From positions 291 to 64,290 of the forward strand of contig DASWVC010000033.1 of the NCBI GenBank assembly GCA_036401335.1: a DNA stretch of 64,000 nucleotides, written 5' to 3'. Numbering within the stretch: the stretch's first letter is position 1; each line of letters starts with the position of its first letter. The notes under the pieces are model-generated. The model was not told the origin of the DNA and searched no databases. It worked only from the letters and a program-made list of their open reading frames with translations. Shown here in pieces: positions 21,101 through 30,012 of this stretch. The stretch is from Chthoniobacterales bacterium (GTDB taxonomy: Bacteria; Verrucomicrobiota; Verrucomicrobiia; Chthoniobacterales; JAFAMB01). The position numbers and the translations under genes are program-made.

Positions 21101-21792
21101 AGCAAGCCGTGGCGGAAATGACGGAGCGCCTCGATGCCATGGGCCCGGTGAACCTCGAATCCATTCAGGAATACGATGAGCTTGAGGAACGACAACGGTT
21201 TTTGGACGAGCAGCACGAAGATTTGATCAAGTCCAAAGCCGAGCTCCTTAAGGTAATCAGCAAGATCAACGAAACCACCACCGCGCTTTTCGCCGAGACG
21301 TTTGCGCAGGTGCGACGGAACTTTGAAGGAATGTTTGTCGAACTTTTCGGTGGCGGCAAAGCCAACCTGCTTTTGGTCGACGATGCAGACCCGTTGGAAA
21401 GCGGCATCGAAATCATCGCCAAACCGCCGGGGAAACAACTGCAGTCCATCTCCCTGCTGTCGGGTGGTGAGAAGACGATGACGGCGGTAGCGCTGCTGTT
21501 CTCCATCTATATGGTTAAACCGAGTCCGTTTTGCGTCCTGGACGAGATGGACGCGCCTTTGGACGAATCCAACATCGACCGGTTCATCAGGATTTTGGAG
21601 CGATTTGTCGCGCAGAGTCAGTTCGTTGTCATCACCCATAACAAACGCACCATCGCCAAGGCGGACGTGCTGTACGGGGTCACGATGGAAGAGCATGGCA
21701 TTAGCAAGCTCGTCGGCGTGCGCCTGACCAGGCGTGACGGTGCCCGAGGGCAGGAGGAACCTGCCGACGAGAGAACGGCCGTGACTGCGTGA
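18118..21792 (+). CDS. smc: Chromosome segregation protein SMC
   Basis: '[58 protein letters not shown]', long coiled coil, C-terminal '[44 protein letters not shown]'. Confidence 0.97.
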   Translation: [1224 protein letters not shown]

Positions 21793-21838
21793 CCGATGAA
21801 AACCGTGAGTCTTTCCTGAAGGGCCCACGCCGATGCTT

Positions 21839-23641
21839 TTACACCCCAACCGGCCCAGAGGGAACCGCCTGAGGGGTGTCCACCCACCGGCCGTGCTCGC
21901 GAATCAGGTCCACCAGCCGGCTGACCGCGTCCCCCTCAGGGATATTGAACTTCACCGGCTGCTTTCCGACGTACAGGTTTACTTTCCCGGGCGCTCCCCC
22001 CACATACCCGAAATCGGCATCCGCCATTTCGCCGGGGCCGTTCACGATGCACCCCATGATCGCGATTTTGACTCCCTTCAAATGGCTGGTTGCCCCTTTG
22101 ATCCGAGCGGTCGTCGATTGCAGGTCAAACAACGTACGCCCACAAGACGGGCATGCCACGTAATCGGTTTTGAAAATCCGGGCCCCAGCGGCTTGCAGGA
22201 TGTTGTAGGCCAGCCGCAAGGATTGGCCGGGGGCGGCTTCGCCTTGGATCAACACCGCATCTCCAATTCCATCGCAGATCAACGCCCCGATGGACGCGGC
22301 CGCTTCCAAGAGAGCGTCAGCAAACGGTTTGTCAGAAGAGGATGAAGGCGTCAGGCTGTCCTTCAATAACACCGGATGGCGGGGCTGCACGTGCAACGCG
22401 AGCATTCTGAACGCCGCGATCACCGGCAGGTCGAGGCCGTCTTTGACGGTCACCAGCACCGGGCTTTGCCGGCCGTTTACCGCTTCGATCTCCGCCCCGT
22501 TTCGTGGATCCAACGCCACAACTTCATTCTGTTCAAGAACGACCTCCGGCTGGAAATCGCCCATGCGATCAAGCTTGTGGGCAACCTGGTCGAACGTGCG
22601 TTGGTGAACCGCGACCCGGATCAACTCTTCGCCCCCGAGTGCGACACCCGGTAGCGCAACGACAAGTCGACTGGCCCGTCGGCTGAAAGCGAATGGATCG
22701 TAAGCCAAGCGTGCACCTTGGTTGATCTTCAGGGTCGGGTCGGAGTCTGCGCGGGCGTACTTTGCCACCAGTGCTTTAGCCACCGGGATCTCGTAAACGC
22801 TGTCCTCCGTCAACGAGACCCGGATGGTGTCGCCGAGGCCGTCCGCGAGCAACGAACCGATCCCGATGGCGCTCTTGATCCGGCCGTCTTCGCCATCACC
22901 CGCCTCTGTTACCCCGAGGTGCAGCGGGTAGTTCCAATCGACTCCTTCGTGGTAAAGTCGGGCTACGAGCAGCCGGTAAGCCGAAATCATGACTTTCGGG
23001 TTGCTGGCTTTCATGGAAAAAATGAAATCGTGGAAGTCAAGGTCACGGGCAATCCGGGCAAATTCCAGGGCACTCTCCACCATCCCGAGCGGCGTATCGC
23101 CGTAACGGTTCATGATGCGATCGCTCAAAGAGCCATGGTTGGTGCCGATGCGCATGCTCACGCCGCGTTCCCGGCAAAGCTTTACCAGGGGGGTAAAACG
23201 GTCCCGGATTCGCCCCAGTTCGGCCTGGTATTGCTCGTCTGAATACTCTTTCACGGCGAACTTCTTAGAGTCCGCATAATTTCCTGGGTTGATCCGAACT
23301 TTCTCGACCCAGCGGGCTGCTTCCAGGGCGGCGTCCGGTTTGAAATGGATGTCCGCAACGATCGGCACCTCGCAGCCGTGTTCCCGTAACCCGATCTTGA
23401 TGGCCTGGAGGTTCTGCGCATCCCGCACCGTTGGCGCCGTGATCCGGACAATCTCGCAACCAGCCGCGACCAGGGCAAGGGTTTGCTGGATGCAGGCCTG
23501 CGTGTCCATCGTGTCGCAGGTGATCATCGATTGCACCCGGACGGGGTTGTTGCCACCAACGCCTACATGACCGACCTGCACCACCCGCGTTAGCCGCCGC
23601 TGAGGCAGGTAGGGGTCGGGGCAATAGAAAAGCTCATTCAT
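21839..23641 (-). CDS. ispG: (E)-4-hydroxy-3-methylbut-2-enyl-diphosphate synthase, long form (~600 aa)
   Basis: 'RRLTRVVQVGHVGVGGNNPVRVQSMITCDTMDTQACIQQTLALVAAGCEIVRIT', C-terminal 'YVACPSCGRTLFDLQSTTARIKGATSHLKGVKIAIMGCIVNGPGEMADADFGYVG'. Confidence 0.96.
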   Translation of the reverse strand: MNELFYCPDPYLPQRRLTRVVQVGHVGVGGNNPVRVQSMITCDTMDTQACIQQTLALVAAGCEIVRITAPTVRDAQNLQAIKIGLREHGCEVPIVADIHFKPDAALEAARWVEKVRINPGNYADSKKFAVKEYSDEQYQAELGRIRDRFTPLVKLCRERGVSMRIGTNHGSLSDRIMNRYGDTPLGMVESALEFARIARDLDFHDFIFSMKASNPKVMISAYRLLVARLYHEGVDWNYPLHLGVTEAGDGEDGRIKSAIGIGSLLADGLGDTIRVSLTEDSVYEIPVAKALVAKYARADSDPTLKINQGARLAYDPFAFSRRASRLVVALPGVALGGEELIRVAVHQRTFDQVAHKLDRMGDFQPEVVLEQNEVVALDPRNGAEIEAVNGRQSPVLVTVKDGLDLPVIAAFRMLALHVQPRHPVLLKDSLTPSSSSDKPFADALLEAAASIGALICDGIGDAVLIQGEAAPGQSLRLAYNILQAAGARIFKTDYVACPSCGRTLFDLQSTTARIKGATSHLKGVKIAIMGCIVNGPGEMADADFGYVGGAPGKVNLYVGKQPVKFNIPEGDAVSRLVDLIREHGRWVDTPQAVPSGPVGV

Positions 23642-23659
23642 TGCTTCAAAACGCGCCGT

Positions 23660-25312
23660 TTACCGGTTCCCGGGCGGCGCAGGCTTTGCCGGCACACTGA
23701 AATGCGGCTTCTGGTTGTTGCTCCACGGAAGATCCTGAACGTCGTAAAACGACACGTAGAGCATGAACCCGATCAGAAAAATCGCGCAAGCTCCCTGCAG
23801 CGCTTCCAACACCCGTAAATTGATGGGGCGGCGGCGAACCGATTCTACGAGCGCAAGGAGGATGTGTCCTCCATCAAGCACAGGGATTGGCAGAAGGTTA
23901 ATAATGGCAAGGTTGATGTTGAAGACTACGCTGAACCATAGAGCCAGCTGCCAGCCGACATCACTTTGGAAGAGCAGGTAATAGGTTCGCATGATCATTA
24001 CCGGCCCACTCATGTGTTGCAGCTTGATGTCCGACTGCGGGGACATCAGTGCGCCTATGGTGTTGGTCAAGGTCTGCATAGCCGCTGAGATTTGCTCCAA
24101 CGGGGGGATGTGTGCGACCGTCATGCGGCCTCCGGCATCCCAGGCGATGCCGCCGTTCGACTCCGCGCTGAACTCCACGCCGATGATGGGTTTAGTCCGG
24201 CCATCCGGGGTCGCCGGCAGCACCCGCACCACCCTGGGTGACTCCCGGCCGGACGCAACCTGCAGCGAAAAGGGTTCACTCGGCTTTTCTTCGATGAACC
24301 GCACGACTTCGGCCGGATCGTAAATCGGCAAATTGTTCAACGCCAGGACACGGTCCCCCGCACGGATGCCGGCCACTTCGGCCGGGCCGTTTCTAATCAC
24401 GGAGGCGATGACAGGCCGGCTCGGTTCCATTCGCAACTGCAGCGGCCGTCCGTCCCGCAGTACCGTCAGCGTAAGCTCTTTACCTGGAGCTTTCTGCGCC
24501 CATTCAAAAATCTGCTGAGGGTAATAAAGTTTAATCCCGTCCACTGCCACGATCTCGTCGTTTGGTTGCAACCCCGCCCGCGCAGCCGGGGAGCCGTCCG
24601 TAACTTTGGCTACAATGGGGGTGATTGCCGGTTGCAACCCGACCTGGCGCAACGACCGGCGTTCCCAACCCTTGGTTTCCGCCCGGGTATAACCCGAATT
24701 AAGGGTCAAGACCTCGTTTCCACGTTGGACTTTGAACGGGATGGTTTCCCCCTCACTCCGGACGATGTACCAGGTGACGCTGTTTACGATTCCGCTGAAA
24801 CGGCTTACGGGATGGCCATCGACCTCAAGGAGCTTGTCCCCAGGAAGAAACCCCGCCTTTGCCGCCGGTTGATCAGGTGCGACGTAACCGACCACCGTTG
24901 TGGCCTCGGCCTCAGCCGTTGGCCTCCCCACCACCCAGACCACGGTCGCAAACGCTAAGGCCAGGAGAAAACTGAAAAGGGGGCCTGCAAACGCTACGAT
25001 GATCTTATCCAACGGCGAGATCGGGGGAAGGCTGGACCGTGCTGCCTCCGGCTTGCCTTCCACGGCATCCATCGGGGCCATTTGCGGCAGCAGCACAAAG
25101 CCCCCGGCCGGAATCCACCCCAGGCTGAATTCTACCCCGTGAAAAGTTCGTTTCAGCAACGGGCGACCGAACCAGATCCCGAACTTTTCTACGTGCAGGC
25201 CCCGCCAGCGGGCAGCCAGAAAGTGACCAAGCTCGTGGACGATGATCAGAAGGTGAAAAATGAGAACAACCTCGAGAACAATCAGTACGACGCGGAGGAT
25301 ATTTTCAAACAT
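23660..25312 (-). CDS. rseP: RIP metalloprotease RseP with PDZ repeats
   Basis: 'IVHELGHFLAARWRG' (HExxH), several PDZ-like segments, 'INLLPIPVLDGGHI'. Confidence 0.93.
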   Translation of the reverse strand: MFENILRVVLIVLEVVLIFHLLIIVHELGHFLAARWRGLHVEKFGIWFGRPLLKRTFHGVEFSLGWIPAGGFVLLPQMAPMDAVEGKPEAARSSLPPISPLDKIIVAFAGPLFSFLLALAFATVVWVVGRPTAEAEATTVVGYVAPDQPAAKAGFLPGDKLLEVDGHPVSRFSGIVNSVTWYIVRSEGETIPFKVQRGNEVLTLNSGYTRAETKGWERRSLRQVGLQPAITPIVAKVTDGSPAARAGLQPNDEIVAVDGIKLYYPQQIFEWAQKAPGKELTLTVLRDGRPLQLRMEPSRPVIASVIRNGPAEVAGIRAGDRVLALNNLPIYDPAEVVRFIEEKPSEPFSLQVASGRESPRVVRVLPATPDGRTKPIIGVEFSAESNGGIAWDAGGRMTVAHIPPLEQISAAMQTLTNTIGALMSPQSDIKLQHMSGPVMIMRTYYLLFQSDVGWQLALWFSVVFNINLAIINLLPIPVLDGGHILLALVESVRRRPINLRVLEALQGACAIFLIGFMLYVSFYDVQDLPWSNNQKPHFSVPAKPAPPGNR

Positions 25313-25318
25313 GATTTC

Positions 25319-26476
25319 TTAGGCTTTTGCCAGCAAGTCCTGCGCGTACCGACGCGCGGCCAAATCGGCTTCCATTATACCATCCAATGAAGGAGTCGCC
25401 AAGTAGGGCACCCCGTTCATGGCTTGTTCCACGGTCCGCCAGATTGCCGGGAACGAGATCCGGCCGTTCAGAAACGCTTCGACAGCTACCTCGTTGGCCG
25501 CGTTCATCACGGCTGGCAGGGTACCCCCTTTAACGCCGGCGAGCCTGGCCAGGTTAAGGGCCGGGAAATCGTGGTAACGGGGTTCCTCAAACTCCAGGCG
25601 TCCCCATTCAGCGAGGCGCAACGGCTTCAGCTTGTTGGGCACGCGGTCCGGCCAGGTCACCGCGTATTGGATCGGGAAACACATGTCGGAGTGGCTGAGT
25701 TGCGCGAGAATGGAATGGTCAACGAACTCCACCATGGAATGAACAATGCTCTGTGGATGCACGAGCACCTGCAGGCGATCCATCGGCACCCCGAACAACC
25801 AGCGGGCCTCGATCATTTCCAGCCCTTTGTTGAAGAGGGTGGCGGAATCGATGCTGATTTTCGGGCCCATCGACCATGTCGGGTGCTTAAGCGCCTGCGC
25901 GGGCGTGACGCGCTCAAGGTCCGCTGCATTCATCTGCCGAAACGGCCCGCCTGACGCCGTGATGATCAGGTTTGCCACGTGTGCGGCCGGCCGGTTTTCG
26001 AGGCATTGGAAGATGGCGTTGTGTTCGCTGTCAACCGGCAGAATCATTCGGCCCTGCCGGGCGGCTTGGTCCATGACCATTTCGCCCGCCATTACGAGAA
26101 TTTCTTTGCTTGCCACCGCCAGGTCTTTTCCGCTGGCCAACGCGGCCAGCGCCGGTCGCAGCCCTTTCGTGCCGACGATGGCGACCACCACGAGGTCCGC
26201 CTCGGTATGGGTGGCAAGCTGCACCAGGCCCTCCTCGCCCGCATAGATCTCAGGATGGTACGCCAGCAACCCCTTTAGCTTGGGCATTGCCTCGGCCTCA
26301 ACCAGGCAGAGCGCCTCCGGGCGTAGCAAGTTGGCATGTTCCGCCAGTTTTTCCGCGCTGCGATGGGCGGCCATTCCGACCACCTTCATCCGTGCGGGCA
26401 GCGTCTGGGCTACCTGGATCGCACTTGCACCGATGGAACCCGTGGCCCCGAGCAGAATGACGCGGCGCATCCTCAT
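25319..26476 (-). CDS. dxr: 1-deoxy-D-xylulose 5-phosphate reductoisomerase
   Basis: 'VILLGATGSIGASAIQVAQ', 'KEILVMAGEMVM', 'PVDSEHNAIFQCL', 'ITASGGPFR', 'KHPTWSMGPKISIDSATLFNKGLEMIEA'. Confidence 0.96.
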   Translation of the reverse strand: MRMRRVILLGATGSIGASAIQVAQTLPARMKVVGMAAHRSAEKLAEHANLLRPEALCLVEAEAMPKLKGLLAYHPEIYAGEEGLVQLATHTEADLVVVAIVGTKGLRPALAALASGKDLAVASKEILVMAGEMVMDQAARQGRMILPVDSEHNAIFQCLENRPAAHVANLIITASGGPFRQMNAADLERVTPAQALKHPTWSMGPKISIDSATLFNKGLEMIEARWLFGVPMDRLQVLVHPQSIVHSMVEFVDHSILAQLSHSDMCFPIQYAVTWPDRVPNKLKPLRLAEWGRLEFEEPRYHDFPALNLARLAGVKGGTLPAVMNAANEVAVEAFLNGRISFPAIWRTVEQAMNGVPYLATPSLDGIMEADLAARRYAQDLLAKA

Positions 26477-26504
26477 TTCAAAAGGAGAAGGAATCTCAGG
26501 ATCC

Positions 26505-27368
26505 TCATTTCAGAACGAATCTGAGGTAAAAATACATCAAGGGAGCCGTGAAGAGAATGCTGTCCACCAGGTCGAGGATACCACCGATGCCTGGCAGCAC
26601 GCTGCCCGAATCCTTTACCCCGGTGCTTCGTTTGATCATCGATTCACCCAGGTCGCCGCCCACGGCCGCTACCCCGATGAGAAACCCGAGGGCGGTCCCA
26701 TGCGCAAAATTCAGGTAGTGAAGCTGGTGCGGAAGCAACCAGATCACGAGGTAGCTCCCGAGAATGGAAAACAAAAATGACCCCACAAAACCTTCCCAGG
26801 TCTTGCCGGGGCTGATGTGCGGCGCCATCTGGTGCCGGCCGAACCGGCTGCCGACCAGGTAAGCTCCCATGTCGCTGAATTTGGTCACCACGATCAGGTA
26901 CAACACGTAAAATTGCCCCAGCAGCGAGCCGTCGGGAGCGCGGGGCACGAGGTAAACGATTTTCGTGATGAAATTAAACAGCCAGGCCACATACAACAAT
27001 CCAAAAAGGGTGTAGGCCATTGCTTCCAGGGGCGTGGCTTTCGCCACCGGCCGGAACGTTTGACGCGCAAAGACCCCAATCAAAAAGACCAGCAGCATTG
27101 CCAGTTCAAAGTCGTAAGCCGATTCAATTCCGCGAGCCCGTAAGTAAAGGAAAGTGCCAAGAAAGGAGGCAGCGCCGCTGGTCAACCCAAAAGCTTTGAA
27201 ACACTGCCGCCCGCTCCGCTGGATCATGTTGAAATATTCCCAGAGGCTGATGAACCCCAGCGAGCTGATAAACAGGAGGAAAACGACGTCGTTGCCGGAA
27301 AAGATCACGGCCAGCGCAATCGTCCACATTGCGATCGCGCTTACCAGCCTGCGAAGGAAACGACTCAT
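26505..27368 (-). CDS. cdsA: Phosphatidate cytidylyltransferase
   Basis: 'FSDMGAYLVGSRFGRHQMAPHISPGKTWEGFVGS', C-terminal 'DSGSVLPGIGGILDLVDSILFTAP'. Confidence 0.94.
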   Translation of the reverse strand: MSRFLRRLVSAIAMWTIALAVIFSGNDVVFLLFISSLGFISLWEYFNMIQRSGRQCFKAFGLTSGAASFLGTFLYLRARGIESAYDFELAMLLVFLIGVFARQTFRPVAKATPLEAMAYTLFGLLYVAWLFNFITKIVYLVPRAPDGSLLGQFYVLYLIVVTKFSDMGAYLVGSRFGRHQMAPHISPGKTWEGFVGSFLFSILGSYLVIWLLPHQLHYLNFAHGTALGFLIGVAAVGGDLGESMIKRSTGVKDSGSVLPGIGGILDLVDSILFTAPLMYFYLRFVLK

Positions 27369-27528
27369 GCGTTTAGGTTCGCCGACCCTGCCATACTCAA
27401 TCCAGTAATCAATGAACATCGACGGGCCGACTTCCCCGGGGGGCGCCGGCCCGCGCTCCGCGACAGGACCGGCATCGGGTCACATTCATCGGCAAAACGT
27501 GCCGGCGCTTTAGCACATGGTTCTCCCG

Positions 27529-29256
27529 TCAGACGCCCTGGGGTCTGAAACCCAGCAACTGCCGTTCAATGGCTTCCAGCTGTTCTTCCACCGGCCGATG
27601 CCGCTCGGCTTCAGCCGCACAAAAACTCTCCAGGGGAGCAAAGGTCTGGCTGACTTCCTGATAGAAGACATCGATTGCGTGTTTGAGCTGGACCTTTACC
27701 GATTCAGTCAACTGGGTCCGTTTTTCATCCATCTGCCGGCGGTACTCCCGCAAGATCCGGCGTCGGCGGATTAACGCATAAACGGTTCCGCTCAAGGCCG
27801 CAACCCCCGCCAGGGTTCCCGTCACGTCGAGAATGGCCGTGTGTGTCAGGACGGCAATCACCGTGAACACCCCGCCCGCGGCGGCCACCCCCGTCGGAAT
27901 CCGCAGCCAGCGCGTCGTCTCCCCGAAAAGACTTTGCAATTGCTCTTTTATGCGCGCATCCGACGTCTGCTCCAGCAATGTCAGTTCCAGCCGCTGCAGC
28001 ACCGTCTGCCTTTGGGACAGAAATCCCGGCATGACGCTCCGCACGGCTTTTTTCGGATCGGTGGCAAACTGGGAATGCACCCGCTCTTGCAGATCCTGCC
28101 AAATCGAACGAAGGTCAGTTTCAAGCAAGGTCAGGGCATGTTCAAGCTGCGTCTGGACTTTCGCTTTGAGGTCGGTTTGCACCTGATCTTGAAAATCTTT
28201 TTCGGTGCCGCCCGCTCCCACCAAAGCCTTCAAGGTATGGCCGACGCTCAGGTTGTGCTCCAGCAAAGCCTCCCCGCGTTGACGGCAGGAATCGTATGCA
28301 ACCTCGATTTCGCGAACGAATCCGTCTAACTGCCGCACCGACTGAGCCTTGCGCGCTTCCAAGCCGCCCCTGATCGTGCTCAGCTTCTGTTGGTCGGACT
28401 TCAGCATCTCAAGGGAGGCCCGCAACCGGTCCCGCAGGGAGGCGGCCAGCACCCGGGCGGTTTGCTGGATGGAATCCAGCTTGCCGCCGCGCGCCTCGCT
28501 TTCCTGCACGGTTCGCGTGATCCAGGCTTCCAGTTCACCAAAGCGGCTTTCCTGCCAGCGTCGGTCTTCTTCCTGGGGCCCGGCTGTCAGCTTTGCCTCC
28601 AATGCCTTTCTCGCCGACACCGCAAAAACGGGACGGCTTGCGCCAAGGATCTGCAGGATCGTCTGGTTAAGGTGGCGGATGATGACTTCGACCTCCTCGG
28701 GGCTGCGGAGGTCGCTCTGCTGAAGCACAAAAATCAGGTTTTTGCGCCACTGCTGCCCGATCACCCGCAGCATGTCCCAGGCAGAGGCGGCCCAGGGATT
28801 GGTGATGGAAAAGACAAACAAAATCAGGTCGGCAACCGGAATAAAGTTCTCCGTGACCGTTTGGTGGTGAGCGACGATCGTGTTCGTGCCCGGCGTGTCC
28901 ACCACCTGAAAGTCCCGCAAAAAACCTACCGGCAAGTACCGTTCCGTCAGGTACTCGGAAACCGGTTGGTCGTGCGGAGGTTCGCCGAATTTGAAGACGT
29001 AAACCCGATCTGTCGCCGGCAAGACGTCCGCCTTGCAGAATTCCTGGCCGAAAAGCGCGTTGAGCAACGACGATTTGCCTGCCTTGACCTCGCCGACAAC
29101 CACGATCGTGAGTGGATCCGAAAGGCTGTTGACGAGGTCCTGCAGGGGTTGGGTGATCTCAGCCGGCGCGCTGGTCTGCCGGGCAAGGGCGTTCAGTGAG
29201 CCGAGGACTGCGGCCAGGGCGGATCGCCGTCTCAGGTATGGCTCGCCGATCATCAA
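27529..29256 (-). CDS. Dynamin family / dynamin-like GTPase with paired C-terminal transmembrane segments
   Basis: P-loop 'VVVGEVKAGKSSLLNALFG', 'DTPGTNTIVAHHQTVTENFIPVADLILFVFS', coiled coil and 'VAAAGGVFTVIAVLTHTAILDVTGTLAGVAALSG'. Confidence 0.88.
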   Translation of the reverse strand: MMIGEPYLRRRSALAAVLGSLNALARQTSAPAEITQPLQDLVNSLSDPLTIVVVGEVKAGKSSLLNALFGQEFCKADVLPATDRVYVFKFGEPPHDQPVSEYLTERYLPVGFLRDFQVVDTPGTNTIVAHHQTVTENFIPVADLILFVFSITNPWAASAWDMLRVIGQQWRKNLIFVLQQSDLRSPEEVEVIIRHLNQTILQILGASRPVFAVSARKALEAKLTAGPQEEDRRWQESRFGELEAWITRTVQESEARGGKLDSIQQTARVLAASLRDRLRASLEMLKSDQQKLSTIRGGLEARKAQSVRQLDGFVREIEVAYDSCRQRGEALLEHNLSVGHTLKALVGAGGTEKDFQDQVQTDLKAKVQTQLEHALTLLETDLRSIWQDLQERVHSQFATDPKKAVRSVMPGFLSQRQTVLQRLELTLLEQTSDARIKEQLQSLFGETTRWLRIPTGVAAAGGVFTVIAVLTHTAILDVTGTLAGVAALSGTVYALIRRRRILREYRRQMDEKRTQLTESVKVQLKHAIDVFYQEVSQTFAPLESFCAAEAERHRPVEEQLEAIERQLLGFRPQGV

Positions 29257-29259
29257 AGG

Positions 29260-30009
29260 TCAGTTGCTGGCCGAGTCGGCCCGGGTCACTGCCGGTGCGG
29301 GTGCGCCGGGAGCTTTGGGCCGGTTCCGGGCGATCAGTTCGCTTACCGTCACAAAGTGGTACCCCTTCGCGAGCAACGCATCGAGCGTAGCCGGCATGGC
29401 ATCTACGGTCTGTTTATGGATGTCGTGTGACAGGATGATGGCTCCCGGTTCTGCACCGCCCAGAATGCGTTCCTCAATCACCGCTGCACCTGGCCGCTTC
29501 CAGTCAAAAGGATCGACCGACCACAGGATCACATTAAGGTGAAAATCCTTCTCCACCCAGTCCCGCTGGCGCTGAGTCATCGCCCCGTACGGCGGGCGCA
29601 GCAGGGTGGGCGTGAAGCCGCTGGCCTGCCGGATGGCATCCTGGGTCTTACTGATTTCCTCCGTCACACGCTCGTCGCTGAGTTTGGAGAGTTGGGGGTG
29701 TGTCCAGGAATGGTTCCCCACTTCATGACCTTCGGCCAGGATGCGCTTCACCAGATCCGGATGTTCAGCCGCATTTTGCCCAATCAGAAAAAAGGTGGCC
29801 TTGATGCCGCGCTGTTTAAGCAAGTCAAGCAACCGCGGCGTGTTCTCGGCGCTGGGGCCGTCATCAAACGTCATCGCAAGCCATTTGCCATCCACATGGC
29901 ACGAAGAATAGGTGGCGGGTTTCGGGTCGGGCTTGGGAGCTCCCGTTTCCTGGGCAAAAATCCCGGCGGGCGCAAGCAGCAACGACGCGAGCACAAATCG
30001 AACAAACAT
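29260..30009 (-). CDS. Secreted polysaccharide deacetylase family protein
   Basis: Signal peptide; 'WLAMTFDDGPSAENTPRLLDLLKQRGIKATFFLIGQNA', 'EVGNHSWTHPQLSKL', 'RPPYGAMTQRQ'. Confidence 0.93.
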   Translation of the reverse strand: MFVRFVLASLLLAPAGIFAQETGAPKPDPKPATYSSCHVDGKWLAMTFDDGPSAENTPRLLDLLKQRGIKATFFLIGQNAAEHPDLVKRILAEGHEVGNHSWTHPQLSKLSDERVTEEISKTQDAIRQASGFTPTLLRPPYGAMTQRQRDWVEKDFHLNVILWSVDPFDWKRPGAAVIEERILGGAEPGAIILSHDIHKQTVDAMPATLDALLAKGYHFVTVSELIARNRPKAPGAPAPAVTRADSASN

Positions 30010-30012
30010 GGG

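Noticed and set aside
27529-29256. Dynamin-like GTPase considered as a dedicated phage-defence system
   Set aside because: No partner defence genes or mobile context; only single-gene similarity, so kept as a moderate-interest observation.
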